Source: Candidatus Microgenomatus sp. (lineage in GTDB: Bacteria; Patescibacteriota; Microgenomatia; UBA8517). Taken from it: 64,000 bases of DNA. Below the pieces are notes generated by a model. The model did not search any database. It had not been told where the DNA came from and saw only the letters and a list, made by a program, of their open reading frames with translations. A program made the translations under genes and the position numbers. Positions 16,203 through 24,696 of the stretch are shown one piece after another. Each line of letters begins with the position of its first letter. The first letter of the stretch is position 1. The DNA lies in assembly GCA_020724555.1 (NCBI GenBank), contig DYGT01000006.1, positions 1,649-65,648 on the forward strand, in the 5' to 3' direction.

Positions 16203-17539
16203 GATCGTATAATTTTACCCCCATCTGAGTTAATCTGTCTCTGACCTGATCAGCTTCTTCATAGCGTTTTGCTTTTCTCAAAGCATTTCTCTGCTCAATT
16301 AGTCGTTCGATTTCCCTTATATCATCAACCTCTTTGTGTTCAAACCTAAAAACGCCAAAAACTTTGTCAATTTTTCTAAAAAACTCTATTGCACTTTTCC
16401 CAGCCTCACCGTCAATATTTCTTGCCTTCAGATAATCATATATAAGAGACAAGGCTTGGGGGGGTGTTAAAGTCATTATCAAGAGCTGCTATTACACCTG
16501 CTTTTAACTCATCCACCAGTTCTTTCTCTTTAGCCGAGGCATACCCACTATCAAGTCTAAACATAAACTCATCAATTCTCTGCAATGCCTGCCTAGACTG
16601 TTCCAGGACATCTTCATCGTATGTCAATGTAGATCTATAATGACCACTAATAAACATAAATCTCAATACCCGCGGATCATTTGCTTTTAGTGCCTCTCTA
16701 ATAGTTACTATGTTTCCCAAACTCTTTGACATTTTCTCTTCTTTCATGTTCAAAAACCCAGCATGAAGCCAATATTTTACAAATGGGACTTTGCCAGAAA
16801 CGGCTTCCATCTGTGCTATCTCTGCCTCATGATGGGGAAACATTAAATCAACTGCTCCACCGTGAATATCGTACTGAGGCCCAAAGATAGTTTCTGTAAT
16901 TGCTGTATCCTCGATATGCCATCCCGGTCGACCGTTCCCTATATCAGTCTCCCAATAAGGCTCTCCTTCCTTTGCAAATTTCCACAAGCAAAAGTCATTA
17001 GGTCCACGTTTTTCAGGATCTTCATCAACTCGAGAAACACCGTCGGACGGTTTCACATCAGTCCGCCCCGAGAGCTTGCCATAATCAGCGAATCTAGCAA
17101 TTTCAAAATAAATTCCACCTGAAGTTCGGTAGGCATAACCTTATTCTTGGAGTCTCTTTACTTGATCAACGATTTGAGGTATAAAGTCTGTTGCATTAGC
17201 ATATTCAGTTACAGCATCATTCCCAAGTGCCCGCATATCATCTATGAATATGTCTCGATACTTATCGGCTAATTCACGCCAAGAAGTTCCTCTTTCGCGA
17301 GAGCGATTTATAATCTTATCATCAATATCAGTTATATTTTGTAAGTAGTGTACATCATAACCTCGATACCTTAGATATTTAACAATAAAATCAAATTGGG
17401 TAAATGTCTTTGCGTTGCCGATGTGTGCGTAATCATACACAGTAGGACCGCAGACAAACATTTTTACTTCTCTATCGTCGCCAATCGGCTCAAAACTCTC
17501 AGTGCTTCTGGATAGAGTGTTGAAAATTTCAATACTCAT
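16168..17539 (-). pseudogene. cysS: Degenerate second copy of cysteine--tRNA ligase (cysS), disrupted
   Basis: Three consecutive minus-strand ORFs carry the CysRS N-terminus (CGPTVYDYAHIGNAKT), core (HIEDTAITE..., KMSKSLGN) and C-terminal anticodon-binding region. Fragment 1 ends with an in-frame TAA where the intact copy at 37453-38883 has Lys (LQE*GYAY versus LEEKGFTY). Fragments 2 and 3 are offset by a frameshift in a G7 run (16448-16454). Confidence 0.8.
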
Positions 17540-17640
17540 TTTAATACTTTATTGAGCAATTTTATCATGTCAAGCGCCCCTTTTAAGACAATTGTATATA
17601 CTGATATAATTATGAAGAGTAAGAAGGAGGTGATAAATAA

Positions 17641-17889
17641 ATGAGAGAAAGGACACTAGATATTAACCCTTTTGCAACAAAATTTGCGGAACCAATTGCG
17701 GATGAAGATATACTCGACGCTACTGGTTATTATGACGAAGAAACACAAACATGGATACTAGAAAACGATGGTTCTGATTCATCAGTGTTAATGTCTGGTT
17801 TAAACCCCGAACGTCCCCCTACAACTTGTCAAAGAATGACCAAAGTAGGAGATAAGCATTGGACAAGTGACACTTATGTAGATGATTAA
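17641..17889 (+). CDS. Putative graspetide (microviridin-like) RiPP precursor peptide
   Basis: 82 aa with strong SD (aaggaggtgataaataa-ATG). Leader contains INPFATKFAEP resembling the microviridin PFFARFL recognition motif. C-terminal region is rich in Thr/Ser plus Asp/Glu with aromatic residues (TGYYDEETQTW; TKVGDKHWTSDTYVDD, compare microviridin core TxKYPSDWEE[YW]). An MdnC-like ATP-grasp ligase sits two genes away. Confidence 0.55.
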   Translation: MRERTLDINPFATKFAEPIADEDILDATGYYDEETQTWILENDGSDSSVLMSGLNPERPPTTCQRMTKVGDKHWTSDTYVDD

Positions 17890-17898
17890 GGATATCCC

Positions 17899-18423
17899 AT
17901 GGGCAAAAGTATAGGTTTCTTTCGAAAAAATAAAGACTCGAATAAAGAGTTAGTAGTTTTGTTTGAGAAAATTCAAGAGATCAGAGCAAAAAGTTCTGAT
18001 CGGGACTGGGAAAATAATAATTTTGTCCAAGAACTAGAAGTTTTAGAGGGAAGAGTTCGTCGAAAAACATTAAAACTCCTAGAGAGAAAAAAACTAAAAA
18101 CCGCTGATGATTTTTATAGAGCATCATTTATCTTCCACCATGGTAAGGATTATAAGTCATATTCAATAGCAACGGCTCTTGCTGCCATTAGTCATCATTT
18201 GGGAGACCCATGGGGAAAAAATTTATATGCTGTTGCTTTGGATAGACTATTATTAAGCATCGGTCTACCGCAACAATTTGGTACTCAATACGTTAAAAAG
18301 GGAGGTAAATATCAACTTGCTCCCTTTAATAAATCCACCACAGACAAAGAAAGAAAGAAATATCTTGTTGAACCACTGAGAAAACTAAAAACAAGAGAAA
18401 AAGAACTAAATAAAAAAAATTAA
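17899..18423 (+). CDS. Hypothetical protein (lysine-rich C-terminus), between precursor and ligase
   Basis: 174-aa ORF 10 nt downstream of the precursor; no recognised motif. Confidence 0.45.
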   Translation: MGKSIGFFRKNKDSNKELVVLFEKIQEIRAKSSDRDWENNNFVQELEVLEGRVRRKTLKLLERKKLKTADDFYRASFIFHHGKDYKSYSIATALAAISHHLGDPWGKNLYAVALDRLLLSIGLPQQFGTQYVKKGGKYQLAPFNKSTTDKERKKYLVEPLRKLKTREKELNKKN

Positions 18424-19438
18424 TATCTATTACCTTTCAGAAGATCAACTATTTCATTGGAGATTGGAAGACCGGTCAAATCCTCTACCCAACCCCACTG
18501 ACCATTAGGATTAATTTCCAGAAAGATGTATCTTTGATCAGGGGTCAATATCATATCTATAGCCCCAAAGTTAAGCCCTAGCCTACGAACAAGGTTAATG
18601 ATTTTCTGCTCAATCTCACCAGGAAGTACGTGTACTCTGTGCACTAAATTTAAGGTATCTCTTCTCCAATCAACTTTAGCTTTGTCACTCTCTTGTGAGT
18701 GAATCTCAACTGAGAAAACCTTGTCACCAACAACTGTAATTCTTAATTCAATATCTTTCGGTACATATTCTTGAAAAAGCGCTGGTGTATATTTGACTCT
18801 TTCAATATCTACAATATCATTTTCAGAGACCAAACTTGTATAAATGGCAGAACCCTGACTTTCATCTAAAACTATTCCGCCTCCGAGTCGCTTAATAATC
18901 ACTCCTTTTGACTTGGCGGTTTTTCTGAAAAATCTATCTGCATCCTCAGGGTTATTTGTTATTAAGGTTTTCGGTATCTCAAGACCAACTTCGCTAGCAA
19001 CTCTAAGCTGTCTTATTTTTAACTCTGCCACCCGATTCTGCTCAGGATGATTAACCCAAACACAATCTAATAATTGCCACAACCCCATAATCGTGGCTCT
19101 ACTTTCTTGTTCTGCAAAAACATGAATTGCCGGAGAAAACTCGGGTGGAAATTGAAAATCTGCAGGGCGTCGATACCAAACGCCGGTAACTTGATTACCA
19201 CGAATTTGCCTACCCCGAGGAAATCTTAGGATCTGCTCTCTTTCATCCCCATTAAACAAGAGAGAGAGACAGAAACTTTTAGAGGAAAATCCTCTGTATT
19301 AAATCTAACAAAAGGAATTCTTTCTTCATTCAACTTTTTAGCAATAATATCCACATGCGGATCCAGTTTCCGACTAACTATCAAAATTTGAGGACTTTCC
19401 TCCCGAAGATTCTCTTTGTTAAACTCTCTCTCAATCAT
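18420..19438 (-). CDS. Microviridin/graspetide-type ATP-grasp ligase (MdnC/MvdD-like), interrupted by a frameshift in an (AG)5 run
   Basis: Two overlapping ORFs (19226-19438 and 18420-19259) align colinearly to MdnC-type ligases: ILIVSRKLDPHVDIIAKKLNEERIPFVRFNTEDFPLKV (cf. LIVTFSRDNESIPLVIKAIEAMGKKAFRFDTDRFPTEV), VTGVWYRR, ELRITVVGDKVFSVEIHSQESDKAKVDWRR, FGAIDMILTPDQRYIFLEINPNGQW. The frame switch falls inside (AG)5 at 19259-19268. Confidence 0.8.
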
Positions 19439-19613
19439 ATTTTCGAATTATACAGAAAATTTGTCCAGCTAAAGCTGTTTCAAAGATCATCTCTGGTGGA
19501 ATTGACCTGATAATCCTACCGTATTCGTCCCTCTTAGTGATAATTGTGACTGTTCTTTTGTTAGGAAGTATAAATTCAAAATCGTAAGTTTTGACATGAA
19601 TAAAGTATAGCAA
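19431..19613 (-). CDS. Small hypothetical ORF, copy B of the repeat
   Basis: 60 aa; paralogous to 15948-16202; the underlying DNA (about 19470-19610) is ~80 percent identical to 15975-16175. Confidence 0.35.
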   Translation of the reverse strand: MLYFIHVKTYDFEFILPNKRTVTIITKRDEYGRIIRSIPPEMIFETALAGQIFCIIRKYD

Positions 19614-19637
19614 AATTTGTCCTGATGTCCCGATGAG

Positions 19638-20147
19638 TTATGAAGTTATATGCTGTTTTGCTAACTTGATAGCATCCCTAAATATCGCCTCACCTGTTTT
19701 TCCCCACTTAACATAATTTGTTACTTCAGAGGCGGGTACAAACTTTCTCTCCCAAGTACTGTCGTTAGCGGGATCAGGAGTTTGAGGGTTAAGCTTTTTA
19801 AGTTTAGCAACACATCTAACTTGATAAATTGCTTTATCAGGATCATTATCTGGAAATATAACCTTTTGTACTCCTAAGGGCTTAATGCCCTCTACCTCAA
19901 CATCAACCTCTTCCAAAAGCTCTCTTTTCAGAGTATCTTCAATGGATTCCCCCTCTTCAGGATGTCCACCAGGAATAATCCAACTACCTTCTTTTGATTC
20001 TCTACACACCAATATCTCACCATTATCATTAAAGACAATTCCATAAACTTGGGTGATTGGGGAGTAATTTTTAATATCATCAGTTTTAATCCAAGTATTT
20101 GTCACTTTAGTACCTTTGTATAGATATATGTCCTGAGGGTATTTCAT
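19638..20147 (-). CDS. NUDIX hydrolase
   Basis: Nudix box GGHPEEGESIEDTLKRELLEEVDV (GX5EX7REUXEEXGU). Confidence 0.85.
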   Translation of the reverse strand: MKYPQDIYLYKGTKVTNTWIKTDDIKNYSPITQVYGIVFNDNGEILVCRESKEGSWIIPGGHPEEGESIEDTLKRELLEEVDVEVEGIKPLGVQKVIFPDNDPDKAIYQVRCVAKLKKLNPQTPDPANDSTWERKFVPASEVTNYVKWGKTGEAIFRDAIKLAKQHITS

Positions 20148-20890
20148 TTTAATAAAAACTTGAGAATAAAATCTGTGTAAAGCTTTTGAGCAAGTCTTTT
20201 ATCTTTCCCATTTATTTTTGAGAAATTATGGTTTGCTCCTTCGACAGTAACTTTTTCCTTTTTGGCATTTTTATATCCGTCAAACAATTTATTTTGCGCT
20301 TCAAATGGCACCACATCGTCTTTGCTTCCTTGAAGAAAAAGTAGTTTTCCTTTATATGCTTTCACTGAATTAAGAACTGCACTTTCAGAAGGACAAGTAG
20401 AAAGAATAGGTTTAGTAGAGTCTCCATATCCCGTGCCCGTTCCAGCCAAAACCAATTTATCAATATACTTAAATTTATCCTTTAAGGTAGAAACTACTGT
20501 TCCCCCTATTGAACTGGCAACTATGTAAAGTCTTATCTCTTCCTTCTCAACTCCGAATAAAAACTTACTTTGATCAAGTACTAAATCTACGGCATCAGCC
20601 AGATCTTGAGCTTCTTGGGCAAAGGTCTTGCCGCTAAAAGACTCTTGTTGTTTTGCAAAATCGCCGTCAGTTGGAAAAATATTCCAGTCTCTAGATGAAG
20701 AAAAATGCACAACGTTTGCAATATTCTTCTCCAAAACCTTGTTGCCCAAAAATTTAGACTTTGACCCCCTGTCGCCCGTCATTGCATACAGCCCGTGGAC
20801 GTTTAGCAAAACCTTATTTGTTTTTTTCTTTGCTTTGAAAACATCAAGCTTGATGAGGGACTTGTAATTGCCTTTAAGAAACACCTCCAT
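20144..20890 (-). CDS. Alpha/beta-hydrolase fold protein (dienelactone-hydrolase/esterase-like)
   Basis: GxSxG-type nucleophile elbow in LYIVASSIGGTV, followed by Asp and His at the expected distances. Confidence 0.7.
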   Translation of the reverse strand: MEVFLKGNYKSLIKLDVFKAKKKTNKVLLNVHGLYAMTGDRGSKSKFLGNKVLEKNIANVVHFSSSRDWNIFPTDGDFAKQQESFSGKTFAQEAQDLADAVDLVLDQSKFLFGVEKEEIRLYIVASSIGGTVVSTLKDKFKYIDKLVLAGTGTGYGDSTKPILSTCPSESAVLNSVKAYKGKLLFLQGSKDDVVPFEAQNKLFDGYKNAKKEKVTVEGANHNFSKINGKDKRLAQKLYTDFILKFLLK

Positions 20891-20977
20891 GGATCTATTA
20901 TCTCATAAAAATAGAGATATCCTAACAACAAACAACCCTTGATGAGTTCAAAGGTTGTTTGCTAGCATAAGCGGTTT

Positions 20978-21514
20978 TTAGTTACGCGACATAAACCTCA
21001 TATGGTGGCCAGCGAAACCTTCACCTTGATTTTTTACAACAAAACCCATGAGGTATTTTAAATCAATATCATTTTCCTCGGCCCATGCCCGTAAATCATC
21101 GTGCATCGCCTGCATCTCGGCCATGCGGGCTTCGCGCTCTTCTTTAGTCAGATCGCTAGCCGTAATATCACGATGGTGCTCATCCCTTAAGGCTTCAAGC
21201 TCGGCACGTTTATCTAAGATAAGCTCTTTTTGTGCTTCGGTAATGTCCCCGTTTACAACCGCCTCGCTCCAGCGATCTTCATAGGCCATCTCCATGCGAA
21301 CGCGCATATTATTTCTATCTTCATCAAAGACGGCCTGAACTTCGTCTTCGTTTAATCCAAAACGCTGGGCAATTTTTTGCACCAAGGAAGTTTGAAAGGA
21401 ATTATCGCTTTGGGCACTCACCATGTTGTCCGCAAAAAGCAAGGCGCCAACGAGTACAAAAGTCAGTGCCGGAATAAATAAAGTGACCTTATTAACTTTT
21501 TTCATCTTCTTCAC
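20978..21514 (-). CDS. Secreted coiled-coil hypothetical protein (GC-richer than neighbours)
   Basis: Signal peptide (LFIPALTFVLVGALLFA), Glu/Arg-rich helical body; codon usage visibly more GC-rich than flanks. Confidence 0.5.
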   Translation of the reverse strand: MKKMKKVNKVTLFIPALTFVLVGALLFADNMVSAQSDNSFQTSLVQKIAQRFGLNEDEVQAVFDEDRNNMRVRMEMAYEDRWSEAVVNGDITEAQKELILDKRAELEALRDEHHRDITASDLTKEEREARMAEMQAMHDDLRAWAEENDIDLKYLMGFVVKNQGEGFAGHHMRFMSRN

Positions 21515-21595
21515 CTCCTTTCTTTATGTATCTTCAATCTAGCAGCCAATTCTTAAAGTTTGCTTAAAAATAGACTGCCACAGCCCAAGCTTTAT

Positions 21596-22683
21596 TTAAA
21601 CCCAACCGGCCAAAATCACAATGCCCATGGCAAGCATAACAATACCTGCTATCAAATGCAGTGCCCTAAGCCTTTTTTGACGAATTTCTTCGGCTTTATT
21701 TGGATCAAAACCTTTATAAACCGCCAAAGTTATCAAAATCATGGGGTTTACAAAAATTAAATTATAAATAAACAAATAAAAAATTGCCTGAGCATCAAAA
21801 GCATTTTTGGCAAGCATACCCAGTATAATTATGTATGGACCGCTGGTACAGGGAAGTAAAAACAAGCTCACCAAAAAACCTACAAAAAACGCACCCCTTG
21901 GACTTGTAACGGAACGGATAATTTTCTTTAGGCTCGGCCTCCAAGCCATCGGAACTTCCATCAAAAAGCCTTTCCCATACCAAAAAAATCTTTTAAATTA
22001 AGAAGGCCCAGAATAATGGCTACCCAACCTACAGCTTTAAATAAAGTGCCGGAGACCCCGCCGATGCTTATAGCTTTATACAAACCTAGTCCCATCAAAA
22101 AGTAAGAAATAAATATAGAAATTGAAAAAGCCAATCCTGAATACAACCCCTTTTTGGCATCACCTATAGCCAAAACCGTAGTCATAAGAATTATTAAAAC
22201 CGCAAAGGCACATGGGTTAATCGCATCCACTAGACTTCCTGCAATTACAGCTGCAAAGGTAATGCTTGATTTGCCATTATTAACGTCTTCTGCTGGGATG
22301 TCTGAATTTTCCGTATCGTTCAGATATTCATCAGCAAATTCAATAAATCCATTAATGATCGGCGTATCTCCAATAAGCACTTTATCTCCGATTACTACCG
22401 CTGGTACTCCCCGCTTATTATCCGGCACATCCAAACTTTCCATTAACGTGTTAAACAATAAGGCGTTTTCGCGGTCAAAATAAATTTCTTTTCTTTCTAT
22501 GGGGTAGCGCGAGTATAAGTCTTCAGATGTAAAAAATTCATCTACCCGTCCACAATGGGGACAGCCGGTGCCGTAAAATAAATATATTTTTTTATCGTTA
22601 CCGGCTTTTGCAGAAACATTAAAAACAGTTAAAAACCCGAGTCCAAAAAGAGTAAATATAATTATAATTTTTTTAATTGACAT
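21596..22683 (-). CDS. Thioredoxin-like domain fused to CcdA/DsbD-type thiol:disulfide interchange membrane protein; two ORFs joined at an A5 run
   Basis: N-terminal part (21961-22683) has GTGCPHCG thioredoxin/glutaredoxin-like motif then CcdA TM region with DAINPCAFAVL. The downstream ORF (21596-21964) continues the CcdA core with the second conserved Cys (LLPCTSGPYI). The frames meet at the A5 run 21963-21967. Confidence 0.7.
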
Positions 22684-22686
22684 AAT

Positions 22687-23457
22687 TTACTTTCTTTTAA
22701 AAATAGCCGAGATTAAAAACATAATAGTACCCGCAATAATCACTCCCGGCCCAATTGGTATTTCAAACATTTTATAAACTACCACTCCCCAAAACCCAGC
22801 GACAGCACCTATAAACGCCCCGCCAAAGGCGTATTGGTTTATGTTTTTACTAAAATTTCTGCTGGTTGCCGCGGGTATAGAAACAATGGCTGCCGTTAAT
22901 AGACTTCCGACAATCCTCACGGACAAACCAATAACTAAAGCAACCATAGCCAAATATATTAAATTATATTTATCTACGTTTATGTTTTCGGATTTTGCCA
23001 AATCTTCAGAAATCGCAATAAACACCATTTTTTTATAAATTTTGTAAATAACCGCAAAAATAAAAATGGAAGAAATAAAACTCACACCTACAGATACTAA
23101 AGAAATCTGGGAAATATCTCCGATTAACGCCACCACCGTTTCTTCTTCGGGTAGAAACAAAAACGCAATTGCCACTGAAGAAGTGAATACAATGGCGGTC
23201 AAAGTCTCCATTGGCAATTTCGTCCAACGTTCAAAAATCCAGATTAAAAATATAGCCACAGACAATACTAAAAAAGCTCCCAAAGATACATCAAACCCAT
23301 ATATTAGTGCAATGGCAATTCCCGGGAGGGTTAAATGCCCTAAGGGTCCCCCGGCAAGTGACATCCTTTTTGTCAACATCAAAGTTCCCAAATAACCGGC
23401 TGCAGCCGTTATGGAAACTGTCAAAATTAATGCCAATAATAATTTTTCATCCATCAT
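22687..23457 (-). CDS. znuB: Metal (Zn/Mn) ABC transporter permease, ZnuB/MntB family
   Basis: 256-aa polytopic membrane protein of ABC-3 type directly downstream of the ATPase; 4-nt overlap. Confidence 0.75.
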   Translation of the reverse strand: MMDEKLLLALILTVSITAAAGYLGTLMLTKRMSLAGGPLGHLTLPGIAIALIYGFDVSLGAFLVLSVAIFLIWIFERWTKLPMETLTAIVFTSSVAIAFLFLPEEETVVALIGDISQISLVSVGVSFISSIFIFAVIYKIYKKMVFIAISEDLAKSENINVDKYNLIYLAMVALVIGLSVRIVGSLLTAAIVSIPAATSRNFSKNINQYAFGGAFIGAVAGFWGVVVYKMFEIPIGPGVIIAGTIMFLISAIFKRK

Positions 23458-24185
23458 TTGTTATGAAGGTAATATTTCACGCCAACACCATAGAGATCTT
23501 TTAAATTTTTTGTTGTAAGGGCGCGGGATGGCGGGCCATAACAAACGTTCTTTTTATTAAGACACAAGACATTGTCAGCATGCTCCCAAACAATACTTAA
23601 ATCATGAGTAACCAGCAGTATGGTTAAAGCTTTCTCTTGCCAAAATTTATGAAGCAATGAATATATAGTCTCAGCTCCACCAACGTCTATACCGGAAGTC
23701 GGCTCGTCAAAAATTAACGTGTCCGGCTCATCAACCAATGCCCACGCGATTGACAATCTTTGAAATTGGCCGGTAGATAAATGTGACAATCTCTTGTTTA
23801 AACAGTCTCGTTCAAGTCCGACAGATTCAATACTGTTATAAACCTGTTTATCATTAACATTTTTAATTTTAAAAAAATCGTTCACAGTCAAAGGCATTAC
23901 CCCACGCCTTTGCATTAATTCGCTTGGCGGTAAATAACTTATATTTTTTGTGTGCCAATATATTTCCCCCTTACTGGGAATTATCCCCAGAAGTGCACGA
24001 AGAAGAGTCGTTTTGCCGGCTCCGTTTGGACCCAGAATTACCAAAGTCTCCCCCCTTTTTACCCGAAAACTTAAATTATCAATAATTTTTTGATCAGCTA
24101 AAATTACCGACAGATCTTTTACTTCCAGTACTATTTCGTTTTTATTGCCCTCCATAATTTCCTCTGCATTCAGCGCATAAACCAT
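23454..24185 (-). CDS. znuC: Metal ABC transporter ATP-binding protein, ZnuC family
   Basis: Walker A ILGPNGAGKTTLL, signature LSTGQFQRLSIAWAL, Walker B LIFDEPTSGID. Confidence 0.85.
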   Translation of the reverse strand: MVYALNAEEIMEGNKNEIVLEVKDLSVILADQKIIDNLSFRVKRGETLVILGPNGAGKTTLLRALLGIIPSKGEIYWHTKNISYLPPSELMQRRGVMPLTVNDFFKIKNVNDKQVYNSIESVGLERDCLNKRLSHLSTGQFQRLSIAWALVDEPDTLIFDEPTSGIDVGGAETIYSLLHKFWQEKALTILLVTHDLSIVWEHADNVLCLNKKNVCYGPPSRALTTKNLKDLYGVGVKYYLHNK

Positions 24186-24570
24186 AAAATTCCAAAACGT
24201 GGCGTTTAATCAAAAAGCCCTTACCCATAATCTTATCCAGATTTTGCAAAAAACAGCCGTCAATATCATCAACCTTACCGCATTTATCACAAATTAAATG
24301 ATGGTGGTGAGCGAGATTTGCTAATTCAAAAAATCTTTCATTGGAGCGCAAATGAACTTCTTTAAGGTAATCATTTTCTAACAAAAAAAGTAATTCCCTA
24401 TAAACAGTTGTTAAGTCAACAATTACATGTTTTTTGGTTAATTTTTTATAAATTTCTTTTGCTGATAAAGGTTTTCTTGCCTGAAAAAAGATATTTATTA
24501 TTTCTCTTCTGGCTTTAGTAATCCTAAAATTTCGTTTTTGAAGATCGTTGATAATTTTTTTTGTTTGCAT
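24142..24570 (-). CDS. zur: Fur-family metalloregulator (Zur-like)
   Basis: HTH N-terminus, HHHHLICDKCGKV and CAECRG metal sites; heads the znuCB operon. Confidence 0.8.
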   Translation of the reverse strand: MQTKKIINDLQKRNFRITKARREIINIFFQARKPLSAKEIYKKLTKKHVIVDLTTVYRELLFLLENDYLKEVHLRSNERFFELANLAHHHHLICDKCGKVDDIDGCFLQNLDKIMGKGFLIKRHVLEFYGLCAECRGNYGGQ

Positions 24571-24596
24571 AAGATATTCGCCGTATTTAAAAGATT

Positions 24597-24615
24597 AATG
24601 CAAATAACTTGCATT
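24597..24615. promoter_or_regulatory. Candidate Zur/Fur operator: 7-5-7 inverted repeat AATGCAA-ataac-TTGCATT
   Basis: Perfect 7-bp inverted repeat 27 nt upstream of the zur start codon, in the zur/fic divergent intergenic region. Followed by the tandem direct repeat ttctggtaat x2 (about 24668-24690). Confidence 0.3.
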
Positions 24616-24696
24616 TGTCAACCCAATGTAATTTCAATTTTAGGAAATATTAGGTAACATTTGGCAATTTCTGGTAATTTCTGGTAATCTTAAGAT

